Assembly (NCBI GenBank): GCA_040954595.2
Contig: CM082577.2
Location: forward strand, 10,956,537 to 11,020,536
Reading direction: 5' to 3'
Length of the DNA: 64,000 nt
Source of the DNA: Balanoglossus misakiensis
Taxonomy: Eukaryota > Animalia > Hemichordata
The translations under genes and the position numbers were made by a program. Below are positions 1 to 11,326 of this stretch, piece by piece (positions within the stretch are counted from its first letter, which is position 1; each line of letters starts with the position of its first letter). A model generated the notes under the pieces. The model was not told where the DNA came from. It saw only the letters and a list, made by a program, of their open reading frames with translations, and did no database searches.

Positions 1-1286
1 AATCTATTGGTTATAGATCACATACGTTTATCATACGACCCTTTTGAATTCACACTGGAATTAAATTTATGTTAAATGAAGACAATAATTATTATGGGAA
101 AGTCTATTATTCGAGATTCGGCCTTCGGCCTCAAACTCTCGGGCATCGGTCCCGATCGGCTACCCAAGCAGCACTGCGAGCGCCTGGTGTCCGTATTCTG
201 AAACGCTACAAAGAACACGTACACTTTAGGTTGACGTGTTCTGGTTTTCATTTGTGGTGAAATTCGGCGATGTCTTCACCGACCTTGCTTTATCCTTTGT
301 CTGGCTGATTCTATTGTTTGCACAAGTATTGATAGAACCGTGTTGACGTACTCGGCCATGTGCAACAACCCTTTCAACGTTCACCTCTCCCACGGTGAGG
401 TCAAATGTGCATAGCCCCCTGAAACAGTGCTGGCATTCCAACGAGAACTGTGCGCTTAAGGATGGGCGATCAGTAAAGTTGAAAATATTGTCATTTCTTT
501 TACTTGTGGATTTTCTGTTTCTCATTTGTATACGAATAATGAAAACCGCAATACAATACGGGGGTCACCGCGCTTGTTTTCGAGGAAATACAATGCCGCG
601 AATTTAGTCCAGAAGAAAACGGCTGAGTCAGAATTAACTAACTCTTGCGATATCTCACAATGATTGGAAAATAATCTTTTCGAAATCTTCTTATTCAACA
701 ACGGATACTCTGAAGGGAATAATCTTTTTCAGGTTTGGACACACCGGAGGACAACAGCTTTCTGTACCGTTACTGTAGCAATGTTAATGTCCTTCAGGAA
801 ACAAAGTGTTTATTTTTAAAAGTATACATTTGGTCTAGAGGTCGTGAACAAAATTATTTCTTTACATACAGCAAATGGGTAAATATTTTACACTTTGGAA
901 GTCATGAAACGACATTTTTTGTACACTGAGGTACACTTTATAGAGGTATTCCATGTATTCTTGATATCACAAAAGGTCAAACCATGGACGACTCTGTCCC
1001 CTTAAGTATAGCCGCATCTTCCAAGGCGATTATATTCGCGCACCGGTACTGTGGCATTTTCTGATGGATTTCCCGCGCAATATCGATTCCGCAAGTTCAA
1101 AGCACTATGACGTCAGCTTCAGAGTGGGGTGTACATTCACATGCAGTTTTATCATCATTGTTATTGTCCTTGACTCGACACTGCCCGTTAGCTATTCAAA
1201 AACGAGCACCAGGAAATAACCTTGGAAAAAAGAGACGGTGACACAGAACGCATCGCTTCTTTTGTTGATATCGGCCTGTGTACTAG

Positions 1287-2319
1287 TGTGACGTGTGCAA
1301 AACATACACGCGCATGCGCATTTGTTTTGCATGTGTTCAGCCGCCATTTTGATTTCTATTGGAGTTGAAGCTCCATCTTTTACTTTCCTATCTGAGCCAT
1401 CCACCGTGGTCAGATGCCGTCAGAGTTTAATCAAATAGCAGATATCATTGGTAAGATGTTTATCTTGAGTCTGATATACCTTTTGTGAGTTATCTCCGAT
1501 GATTTCCAGAGTTATTAACAGTTTCCAGTACACTGTTGAATTTTCCTCTATTCTTATACATAGCGTCCATAGACGATGTGCATTTCTATGATCGCCGTTT
1601 ATGAAACATTCAAACTTTCCCAGTTTAATGTTTGAGACGATTTTACAGTTTACCGTTATATTGATCGATTCGAGACACTCTTGATGAATTCAGAGTATTC
1701 GCAGTTCTGAGTTTATATCGTTTTTGATAGAGTTAAAGTTCTATACAAACGCTATGCAGTTTGTACTGTCATTGCAAGTGTCCGTGCTTTACACTGCATT
1801 TACTGTACGATCTTAGGTGAGATAGATGGTTGATTCAGACGAGTTGCTGTTATTCTGAAGACTTACCTGTCACAGTCGGGGTGAGTTTGTCTTTCAGTGA
1901 AATGTATTTTCATAATTGTATTTGAAGTATTTTACAGTGGAAACGATTTCTGTATGCTTATACATGGGTTTACTATGCATTGTCATATACCGCGACCTGA
2001 CTCATGAGGGCGCCCTGCCCATTCCCTGTCCGGAAAGTGCATCTCCTTGATGTTTGACTTGTATTGTAATCTCCCATTTATGAGACTTGATATCACAGTG
2101 TGTTAGTATTTCACAATAAGCCACGCTCTACATGCAGCTCTGTGATACAGTGGTTTTGATACAGATTTTCCTTCTGTTTTGCTTCAGGTGTTTTTGTCTT
2201 TCTTAAAAACCCATAGTGTAAACAAACCAACGCTTGTGTCTATTCCCCCTGCGGAGTCGGAAATAAAAAGAACGTGCATTGGATCCAGCTGTGTCCGTGT
2301 CCAATATATCTGCGTTACA
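1287..2319 (+). repeat. 5' LTR
   Basis: Same length as 8515-9547 and no differences in the parts compared by eye; TG...CA termini; AATAAA at 2262-2267. Confidence 0.96.
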
Positions 2320-2321
2320 TT

Positions 2322-2340
2322 TGGCGTAGTCGGCAGGATT
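2322..2340 (+). promoter_or_regulatory. Primer binding site, tRNA-Ser type
   Basis: TGGCGTAGTCGGCAGGATT lies 2 nt after the LTR and is the complement of the 3' end (…AATCCTGCCGACTACG-CCA) of eukaryotic tRNA-Ser(AGA/TGA). Confidence 0.88.
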
Positions 2341-2881
2341 TCCGAAGATTTTCTGCATCATCTCCACAGCAGACGACAGCGCTGGACAGACTTGTAATTA
2401 CCCTGACTGTGAATGCGTATCATTACGCCGATATCGTGCTAAGGTAGATTATAGCTGATTGGTGATCTTGACGCACCGGTACCCAGACAATTGCAGCAGC
2501 AGACGCACCATTCGACGTGGACGTCCAGGCACTGCGATACAGATTGTCATTCGAACTGGCTCAAGACTTTTGTTTGAACATTTTTTATTGACACTGCCTG
2601 CTGTACATTAAAGCTGTATAGGCTTCATTTTGAACACATAGCATTAAGGCTGCATTGCCTCGTGCTGATATAGCTGTAAGTGTGTAATTGCTACAGTTAT
2701 ATGGACTTATTATTGACACTGACTATTGAAAAAAACACTTGATAGAGTTGCACACTATATCAGTGCACACGCTCATAACATTTCATAGTATTTGATGCCA
2801 ACACCTCTTGCCACTGTGTTGCATACTGCCACTGTATTGCATTACCCTGAACCCGTGTGTTACTGTTGACACATATATACC

Positions 2882-3964
2882 ATGTCTGCCGATGAGGAAC
2901 AGATCGAACGTTTGAAGCAGGAATTGAACAGTTTGAAAATAGCCTTTCATCGCAAAGTCGAAGAGGCAGATGCAGCCACAGCTGATGCGAAAGCTGCCGA
3001 GGTTGAGATAAAGAGAATGATTGACAAGGACAGGGTGAGCAACAGTACAAACAGTAATGATGCCGGTGGTACACAAGGCAAAATGGTGTACATGGCACCA
3101 GGTAGGAAACTCGATAGGTTTAAAGGGAAACCAGAGACTTCTACAGAACTTTCTGTCGATGATTGGATCGAAGATGCCAAAGCGATCATGTTATCCAGGA
3201 ATTTGGCAGAAAGCGAACAAGCCGCATTCATCGTAGAGCACCTCGCTGGCAGGGCACGCCGTGAAATTCTTGGAAGGGGAGAAAACGTCACTTCCAGCCC
3301 ACAAGAAATCTTCACTGTCCTGTCCAGAGTGTTTGGTGATGGTGACAATTTGCCACAGTTGCAGCAACGGTTTTACTCCTACAAGCAGCTGGAGGCTGAG
3401 GACATTGTTTCGTGTTCACTTGAATTAGTCAACTTGTATGACCGCATCATACAGTTGGACCCCTCATTCAAGCCTGGCCGAGAGACTCAGCTGAAGAATC
3501 GCCTTGCCGAGGCAGTGCGTGAGGAGTCCATGCAGATGGAGTTGCGAAGACTCAACGCTGATCAGCCAGCCCTTTCGTTTTTCGATGCGAGAGACCAGAT
3601 CATACGGCTGATGGGACAAAAGGGAAAATGCCCGAAACCGAAACGCGACGCCATACTCCGCGAAGCCGCAGTAGAGAGTGATATACACAGTCTTGTTTTG
3701 AAGCAGGGAGAACAGATTGCTGCCCAACAAAAGCAGATAGAAACGCTCCTTTCCACGCTTCAGGACAGGTCCTCAACGCCCACTGTGAAGCGACAGACTG
3801 TAGCTGAAGACGGAAAGCGTCACTGTTGGAATTGTAATTCCACGGACCACATGAGGAGAAACTGTCCAATAGGGAAGACACTCAGTGGTTCGTCCAAACA
3901 TACAACTCCGCCAAAACCCAAAAAGAAGTCCCAAGCTTTAAACGTGGACCGCCTGCCGCTGTGA
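2882..3964 (+). CDS. gag: Gag (N-terminal coiled coil, capsid-like region, CCHC zinc knuckle)
   Basis: 360-aa ORF with CWNCNSTDHMRRNC (CX2CX4HX4C) knuckle, between the PBS and pol. Confidence 0.93.
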   Translation: MSADEEQIERLKQELNSLKIAFHRKVEEADAATADAKAAEVEIKRMIDKDRVSNSTNSNDAGGTQGKMVYMAPGRKLDRFKGKPETSTELSVDDWIEDAKAIMLSRNLAESEQAAFIVEHLAGRARREILGRGENVTSSPQEIFTVLSRVFGDGDNLPQLQQRFYSYKQLEAEDIVSCSLELVNLYDRIIQLDPSFKPGRETQLKNRLAEAVREESMQMELRRLNADQPALSFFDARDQIIRLMGQKGKCPKPKRDAILREAAVESDIHSLVLKQGEQIAAQQKQIETLLSTLQDRSSTPTVKRQTVAEDGKRHCWNCNSTDHMRRNCPIGKTLSGSSKHTTPPKPKKKSQALNVDRLPL

Positions 3965-4002
3965 GCCGCGTGGTAGGCGAAGCATTGATAGACGGAGGCT
4001 CA
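3937..4002 (+). promoter_or_regulatory. -1 programmed ribosomal frameshift signal (T_TTA_AAC plus predicted H-type pseudoknot)
   Basis: Slippery heptamer 3937-3943 in gag phase; 6-nt spacer; stem 3950-3959/3970-3979; loop TGAGCC (3962-3967) complementary to GGCTCA (3997-4002); pol is in the -1 frame and open across the site. Confidence 0.8.
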
Positions 4003-7000
4003 GTTATACGTAAAGCTGTCGGGGATTGTCCTGAAGTTGCTGTGAAGTTAGGACATGCTGACGCTGGATGTTTAGTTGACACAGGCGCTGAAGTGTCTAC
4101 GGTGACCGAAAGTTTCTTCAAAGAGCACCTCGCTCGAGATGGAAAGTTGGTAGACGTCACATCCTTCATCCAGATCTCCGCATCGCAAGGCTTGGAGATT
4201 CCCTTCATCGGTTACGTCGAACTTCCTGTTACGGTATTCGACCACACTTTTCAAGGTTTAGGTTTTTTAGTTGTACGCGACCCCATCGACACCCCAGTCG
4301 AGGCACGCAAGACAAGAATGCCTGGTGTGATCGGTTGCAACGTGTTTCGAGATATGAGAGAGACACTTATTGACAAGTATGGAAGCAACTACGTGGACAA
4401 GATGTCAAAACTTGCCCGACATGACGAACTCAAACTACTTTACGCGTTGGAAATGTGTAAGCCCTTAACAGTCCACAAAGAAACTGTTATGACCACTACA
4501 AGTTCGGGTGTGAGACCCGTCCGCATCGCTGGCAAGAAACCCGTGTTACTTCCTGCTCGATCTATCAGAATCGTTGAAGGATCAGTACAGTCAGCTGGTG
4601 CAGGACAGTCGTATCATGGATTGCTTGAGAGACACGTAGCACGTGTCGCAGAACTACAAAACGGTGTAACCGTAGGAGCTGCGTATGTATCTGTGGACAG
4701 TAGCGGTAGAGTCCCTATACAGTTAGCGAACTTCAGTGACACTGATGTATACTTACCGCCGCGCACCCCAGTTGGCGTGATCAAACCAGCAGTGATGCAG
4801 CCACTCATCCGGTTTTGCACTGTGAACGAGAACGAAGTAGAGGTCAGAGCAGATACTACTGGCTTCAAGACACCCATCGTAGACGACCTCATTTCTAGGA
4901 TGGATGTCGGTGACATCAGTGACGCTGATCATGAAGAGCTGTATAAAATTATACGCAAACATGAGGCTATATTCAGTAAAGATGAAGACGACATTGGCTT
5001 CTGCGATGTTGTGCGACATAGAATTGTGACGATAGATGACCGACCAGTCAAAGTACCACATCGCCGAGTACCCCCACACCAGTGGAGTGAGGTGAGAGAA
5101 TATATTCGCCGTTCGTTGGAGAGGGGCATTATCCGCGAGTCGTCAAGCCCATACGCCTCACCCATCGTTTTAGTCCGAAAGAAAGGTGGTAAGCTGAGAC
5201 TCTGCGTTGACTACCGTTCCCTTAACGCGAAAACTCACAAAGACGCATACCCGTTACCGAGAATAGACGAGGCGCTAGACGTGCTGAAAGGGGCCAGGTA
5301 TTTCTGCAGCCTGGACCTTGCCCATGGGTTTAACCAGATCCCTGTTGCCGAGGAAGATATAGAAAAGACTGCATTCCGGACTGGCACAGGAGGACTGTAC
5401 GAGTATTTGAGGATGCCCTTCGGTCTGTGTAACGCCCCGGCAACCTTTATGAGGTTGATGGACAAAGCTTTTGGGGACATGAATTTCCAAACGCTCCTGA
5501 TTTACTTAGACGACATATTGGTGTTTGGATCTACATTCCAGGAAACGCTAGCTAGACTCGACATGGTTCTTTCACGACTATCCAACCTAAACTTGATGGT
5601 CAAGCCCGAGAAATGTCAACTATTCCACACCAAGGTACACTTTTTAGGACACTTAGTGACCAGCGAGGGAACAGGCCCTGATCCGGAGAAGGTACGCGCC
5701 GTGCAGGAGTGGCCTCGACCGGAGACTGAGCGAGAACTGCGTGGTTTCTTAGGTTTGTCTGGATACTACAGGAGATTCGTGAACGGATATGCCAGGATTG
5801 CAGCACCCCTGCAGAATTTGTTGAGGAACCCCCCTACTGAAGTGAAAACTAGCAAGAAGAAACATAAGGATTGTATGATCCGGGACCGCTGGGACCAGTC
5901 GTGTGAAGATTCTTTTAACACTTTGAAACAGGTTCTGACAACGGCACCAGTATTGGGCTACCCCGATTTCAACTTACCTTTTATACTGGAAGTGGACGCG
6001 AGTTTCCATGGTTTGGGCGCTGTACTCTCTCAGAAGCAAGACGGCAAAGTTGTTGTACTTGGGTACGCCAGCCGGAGTCTGAAGCCTAATGAACGAAACA
6101 TGAATAACTACTCTAGTATGAAGTTGGAGTTATTGGCGCTGAAATGGGCAATAACCCAGAAGTACCGAGACCTCTTGATAGGATCCGAGTTTGTGGTATA
6201 TACAGATAACAATCCCTTGAGTTACCTACAGTCCACAGCCAAACTAGGGGCCACCGAAACACGATGGGCCGCCGAACTCGCACAATTCACATTTACCATA
6301 AAGTACCGTTCTGGTAAAAGCAACAGAAACGCTGATGCGCTGAGTAGGAAGGTAAGCCATGGTGAGGAACCAAAATCCGTCAGGTTGGAGGAGACGACGA
6401 GCGAAACACTGATCAGCCGCACCGCTGACACCAGATTGCCCCAACCCCTGCCAGATGCCGTCCGCCGACAAGTACATCACACAACCACGGATGTGTTGCT
6501 TGATGAGATGCGCACGAGATCCGCCAAGGTAGAGCCGAAAACGATCTCTACATTCCCCATGATCCCCAGGGACGAACTTGCGAAACTACAGAGAGCCGAT
6601 GACGACATAGGTAGACTATGGCACTTTTGGGAGAACAAGCACCCGCCCACAACAAGACAGTTGATGAAGGAGACGAAACCCTCACGTAAACTACTCCGGA
6701 ATTGGAAGAGAATCAGAGAAGATGACGGTGTTTTGTACCGCATTGTACATGAGACTGGACGTGAAGTGAAGCAGCTACTACTTCCTGACTCACTCAAGAG
6801 CAAAGTACTGTTTGCTGTGCACGACCAGGTGGGACACCAAGCCATCGAGAAGACGACTGCCCTTCTTCGGAGCAGGTGTTACTGGCCCACCATGATCTCT
6901 GATGTTACCGATTATTGCCGAAGATGTAAACGCTGTATCTTAGCCAAGGCAGGGAAGAGGCTTCAACCCACCATGGGATCCCTCATCGCTACAAAGCCTT

Positions 7001-8469
7001 TGGAGGTACTGGCTATTGACTATACTGTTCTAGAACCCGGTACCAATGGTATCGAGAACGTTCTTGTACTTACCGATGTATTTACAAAGTTCACCCAAGC
7101 CATCCCTACGCGAGACCAGAAAGCGACAACGGTAGCGCGAGTCTTGGTTCGTGACTGGTTTGTGCGTTTTGGAGTGCCACGTAGAATACACAGCGACCAA
7201 GGCCGTAACTTCGAGAGCAAGCTCATCAGTGAACTCTGCAAAGTGTATGGTATCACGAAGAGTCGCACGACAGCATATCACCCAGAGGGCAACGGCCAGT
7301 GTGAAAGATACAATCGCACGATGCATGACCGTTTACGCACGTTACCCCCTGAGAAGAAACGTAAATGGCCCGAACTGTTGCCAGAACTAGTATATGCGTA
7401 TAACAGCACACCCCATTCGTCCACTGGTTATTCACCCCACTACTTATTCTTTGGTAGGGAACCAGTACTCCCCGTCGATCATCTGCTAGGAAATGAAGTG
7501 GAGGACGAAGATGTTTGTCAGGTGGAAGAATGGATTGCCGAACATCACCGGAAGTTGATGGACGCATATGATATGGCCTCGAAGAAGACAGAGCACGAAG
7601 CCCTGAGGAGGAGAGCCAGAAATGACCGAAAAGCTGATAACACAGACTTACCTGTTGGAGCTAGAGTATTTCTGCGGAATAGGAATACGAAAGGTCGTAA
7701 CAAAATACAAGATGTATGGAGCCCAGAACCATATATAGTGGTAGATCGACTCAACACAGGAGGACATACCTATGTAGTTGAGCCCACCGACGGAGGACAA
7801 CCAAAGAAGACTGTTCATCGTAGAGAGATGTTAGATTCCAGAACCCTTGTGAAAGACATGGAACTCAACGATACTCCTACCGATGTGGCAAAGTCTGAAG
7901 ACACGTCCTGTAGTGAATCAGATGATTCATGTGAATTTGATGATAATTTTGACTATGGCGTTGATAGTACACGCTGGGAGCAGTTACGTTCCACACCACC
8001 AGAAGTAGTACCTGATCAGATGGAGAATCCAGGAAAGGAAGTGGTTACAGCCAGTGTTCCTACAGTTCCTGTTGTCAGTAGCCAGCCTAGTACTTCATTC
8101 AAAGCAGGGAAGCAGCAACCCTTTGACATGAATACTCGCCGCTCTACGCCATCTAGTACTGAAGAATTACAGAAGAACCTCACAGGCGAGTCGGATGTCA
8201 AGCAGAATCCAGAACCCTCGTCAGCGACAGAGGAAGACACCAACGAACTTCGCCGTTCGAGTCGAGAGAATGCCGGATGTCATTCCAACCCCTTTCACTT
8301 ACCCAAATCTGTTGTAAGAGAAACTACTGTTGCATTTCAGGTTGACCCACAGATGTTGGCTAGTATAGTACAGTCGAACCAAAGTTTAGCACAGTCAAAC
8401 CAAACTGTAGCACAGTCGAATCTCTTGATTATGCAGATGTTATCTCAAACTAATGTGATTAGCACATAG
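3961..8469 (+). CDS. pol: Pol polyprotein (aspartic protease, RT, RNase H, integrase), probably made as a Gag-Pol fusion
   Basis: LVDTGA protease motif; RMPFGL and YLDD RT motifs; EVDAS…YAS…ELLA…YTDN RNase H; HHCC plus D,D(35)E integrase (AIDY, HSDQG, GQCER); GPY/F-like WSPEPY; no stops over 1502 codons. Confidence 0.97.
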   Translation: MSRVVGEALIDGGSVIRKAVGDCPEVAVKLGHADAGCLVDTGAEVSTVTESFFKEHLARDGKLVDVTSFIQISASQGLEIPFIGYVELPVTVFDHTFQGLGFLVVRDPIDTPVEARKTRMPGVIGCNVFRDMRETLIDKYGSNYVDKMSKLARHDELKLLYALEMCKPLTVHKETVMTTTSSGVRPVRIAGKKPVLLPARSIRIVEGSVQSAGAGQSYHGLLERHVARVAELQNGVTVGAAYVSVDSSGRVPIQLANFSDTDVYLPPRTPVGVIKPAVMQPLIRFCTVNENEVEVRADTTGFKTPIVDDLISRMDVGDISDADHEELYKIIRKHEAIFSKDEDDIGFCDVVRHRIVTIDDRPVKVPHRRVPPHQWSEVREYIRRSLERGIIRESSSPYASPIVLVRKKGGKLRLCVDYRSLNAKTHKDAYPLPRIDEALDVLKGARYFCSLDLAHGFNQIPVAEEDIEKTAFRTGTGGLYEYLRMPFGLCNAPATFMRLMDKAFGDMNFQTLLIYLDDILVFGSTFQETLARLDMVLSRLSNLNLMVKPEKCQLFHTKVHFLGHLVTSEGTGPDPEKVRAVQEWPRPETERELRGFLGLSGYYRRFVNGYARIAAPLQNLLRNPPTEVKTSKKKHKDCMIRDRWDQSCEDSFNTLKQVLTTAPVLGYPDFNLPFILEVDASFHGLGAVLSQKQDGKVVVLGYASRSLKPNERNMNNYSSMKLELLALKWAITQKYRDLLIGSEFVVYTDNNPLSYLQSTAKLGATETRWAAELAQFTFTIKYRSGKSNRNADALSRKVSHGEEPKSVRLEETTSETLISRTADTRLPQPLPDAVRRQVHHTTTDVLLDEMRTRSAKVEPKTISTFPMIPRDELAKLQRADDDIGRLWHFWENKHPPTTRQLMKETKPSRKLLRNWKRIREDDGVLYRIVHETGREVKQLLLPDSLKSKVLFAVHDQVGHQAIEKTTALLRSRCYWPTMISDVTDYCRRCKRCILAKAGKRLQPTMGSLIATKPLEVLAIDYTVLEPGTNGIENVLVLTDVFTKFTQAIPTRDQKATTVARVLVRDWFVRFGVPRRIHSDQGRNFESKLISELCKVYGITKSRTTAYHPEGNGQCERYNRTMHDRLRTLPPEKKRKWPELLPELVYAYNSTPHSSTGYSPHYLFFGREPVLPVDHLLGNEVEDEDVCQVEEWIAEHHRKLMDAYDMASKKTEHEALRRRARNDRKADNTDLPVGARVFLRNRNTKGRNKIQDVWSPEPYIVVDRLNTGGHTYVVEPTDGGQPKKTVHRREMLDSRTLVKDMELNDTPTDVAKSEDTSCSESDDSCEFDDNFDYGVDSTRWEQLRSTPPEVVPDQMENPGKEVVTASVPTVPVVSSQPSTSFKAGKQQPFDMNTRRSTPSSTEELQKNLTGESDVKQNPEPSSATEEDTNELRRSSRENAGCHSNPFHLPKSVVRETTVAFQVDPQMLASIVQSNQSLAQSNQTVAQSNLLIMQMLSQTNVIST

Positions 8470-8501
8470 CTTTTTGCTTGGTTGTTGAGACACCAACCGT
8501 C

Positions 8502-8514
8502 AAGCAGGGAAGTG
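8502..8514 (+). promoter_or_regulatory. Polypurine tract
   Basis: Purine-rich AAGCAGGGAAGTG immediately before the 3' LTR. Confidence 0.7.
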
Positions 8515-9547
8515 TGTGACGTGTGCAAAACATACACGCGCATGCGCATTTGTTTTGCATGTGTTCAGCCGCCATTTTGATTTCTATTGGAGTTGAAGCT
8601 CCATCTTTTACTTTCCTATCTGAGCCATCCACCGTGGTCAGATGCCGTCAGAGTTTAATCAAATAGCAGATATCATTGGTAAGATGTTTATCTTGAGTCT
8701 GATATACCTTTTGTGAGTTATCTCCGATGATTTCCAGAGTTATTAACAGTTTCCAGTACACTGTTGAATTTTCCTCTATTCTTATACATAGCGTCCATAG
8801 ACGATGTGCATTTCTATGATCGCCGTTTATGAAACATTCAAACTTTCCCAGTTTAATGTTTGAGACGATTTTACAGTTTACCGTTATATTGATCGATTCG
8901 AGACACTCTTGATGAATTCAGAGTATTCGCAGTTCTGAGTTTATATCGTTTTTGATAGAGTTAAAGTTCTATACAAACGCTATGCAGTTTGTACTGTCAT
9001 TGCAAGTGTCCGTGCTTTACACTGCATTTACTGTACGATCTTAGGTGAGATAGATGGTTGATTCAGACGAGTTGCTGTTATTCTGAAGACTTACCTGTCA
9101 CAGTCGGGGTGAGTTTGTCTTTCAGTGAAATGTATTTTCATAATTGTATTTGAAGTATTTTACAGTGGAAACGATTTCTGTATGCTTATACATGGGTTTA
9201 CTATGCATTGTCATATACCGCGACCTGACTCATGAGGGCGCCCTGCCCATTCCCTGTCCGGAAAGTGCATCTCCTTGATGTTTGACTTGTATTGTAATCT
9301 CCCATTTATGAGACTTGATATCACAGTGTGTTAGTATTTCACAATAAGCCACGCTCTACATGCAGCTCTGTGATACAGTGGTTTTGATACAGATTTTCCT
9401 TCTGTTTTGCTTCAGGTGTTTTTGTCTTTCTTAAAAACCCATAGTGTAAACAAACCAACGCTTGTGTCTATTCCCCCTGCGGAGTCGGAAATAAAAAGAA
9501 CGTGCATTGGATCCAGCTGTGTCCGTGTCCAATATATCTGCGTTACA
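8515..9547 (+). repeat. 3' LTR
   Basis: Direct repeat of 1287-2319, followed by the CTAG TSD. Confidence 0.96.
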
Positions 9548-11326
9548 CTAGGAGAGAGTTTCGTCGAACGTGTGACTTCGAGTGAGGCTGAGAGAAGTTT
9601 ATGCAGTGTTGAAGCAAACTTTGGCTGTATAACATTTCTCTGTCACACTGATACGCCAGATTCTTCGCATGAAGGAGTCAAATCTCTCAGGTGTAAATTA
9701 CTTAATTCTCTATATGTCATTGTTTCTGTCTGTCTGTATCTCACTCACTCACTCTCTCTCTGTCTGTCTCTCTTTCTGTCTCTGCCTCTCTCTCTCTCTC
9801 TCACGCACTGACGAAAAAGACGTCATTCTCTCTTAGACGAAACTCTATCCCAGTACAATAACTTTGTTCAAGGTTATTTCCTGGTGCACGTCTTTTCATA
9901 ACAAACAGGCAGTGTCAGGTCAACGTCAATAACGACGTTTCGGCTTTAAGTTAAAGCTTCAGACTTGAAATTAAAAAAAAACTTCAGTTGGCATGTCGTT
10001 TATTGGCCGAAGAGGGTTGGGAGGACTGGGGAGTTATGAGCTGCGAACGTGTTGTGCATTATCATTATGGCCGACATGGGAATGGTGAGCATGCGCTCTA
10101 GAGAGGGCAGGCGATGTCGCAACACAGAGAACGAAATATCACCTTTCTGGATTACTAAGTGGGAAACGCCTTTTCTAACATAACAAACCTTCAGGCATAA
10201 GAACGAAGTTTGAAGCTTTCATTTAAATTCTTTAGAATAAAATCACGACTTTACCAACTAACGTCATAGTGTAAGGTCTGCAGGAAATTTGACGCGCACA
10301 AATACTGAGATGTCTTCATCAACGTTCAATAAGTATTTGGTTTTAGTTTTTTTTATGCGTCCTGAGATTCCGTTTCCGTGATTTGACCGTTGTTTGCGGT
10401 GAGGCTTAACATCGTGTATTTGCGTACACGTTGCATGGTCACTTACCATACACTATTATAGCACAACACAACACAGTACAGTGCAGTTAAGTGCATGCAG
10501 GTCAGGACGGGACATTTCACAGTTGGGCGGATTCAGTTTGTTCACTGTTAATATTTCATACTGAAAAAGTTAAAGTTTTTTTTTCTCCTCAGACGTATAT
10601 ATGGAGTCGGTAATGGGACTCCATTGTTTTGTGTGCATTAAGAGCGACGCGATAGGCGGAAATTCTTTACCAAGTAAAAGTAAATCTTTCACAACCTGTC
10701 GTGTCTTTTGTTAAAAGACAAAAGGTTCAGCAGCCCGTGGGCCAGTAACTCAACCCGCATGCTTAAGTGCGCTTACAAGGTGGCACATTTTTGCAAAACG
10801 ATTCGTTTTAAAATCTAGTACGCCGAGTCGACGTACGAGGATAATCTGTTGATGCGGTCACCCGACATAATTTGAAAAGACAATGAAGTGGGGTTAAGTC
10901 ATAGTTTTGTCGGGTAGAGAAAAAGTAATACTTTCTTCGTCTCTCATATTGATCAACGTCTGAATGAGCAATGGTAAATGCACACACCATAGTCTCAACG
11001 TGTGTGAGTTGAACATTAATTTAAAAATACATGAAGAACAAGAACTGTCGATACTGGGAGACTTAGGCCTATGTCCGGGGGAAACAAGGTCAATGTACAC
11101 GGCAAAATACTTCAAAATAAAGATCCCCGCGTGTAGAGCTGAATGAAATAGAAATCAAAGGCGTGCAAATGTCGTGCTTTTCAAAATTGGTGACCTCATT
11201 CCTCAATATTTGGTTAGCGTACGTGTCTTGACAGTTGAACGCCACTGTGGTCACGTGGTCACACCACGGTGAGAAACTTTACGTATTGCGCATGCAGGTG
11301 GTTGTCCGAGATTTAGGTCGTTGAAA

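Larger units (their letters stand above)
1287..9547 (+). mobile_element. Full-length Ty3/Gypsy LTR retrotransposon
   Basis: Two 1033-bp LTRs (1287-2319, 8515-9547) with TGTGAC...GTTACA ends; 4-bp TSD CTAG (1283-1286, 9548-9551); PBS, PPT, and intact gag and pol in PR-RT-RH-IN order. Confidence 0.97.

Noticed and set aside
2760-8243. Many short antisense and alternate-frame ORFs over gag/pol
   Set aside because: Shadows of the main ORFs with no recognisable motifs; no env-like ORF is present.
9407-9811. 134-aa ORF similar to 2179-2397
   Set aside because: The similarity is just the LTR duplication, and the ORF runs into flanking microsatellite.
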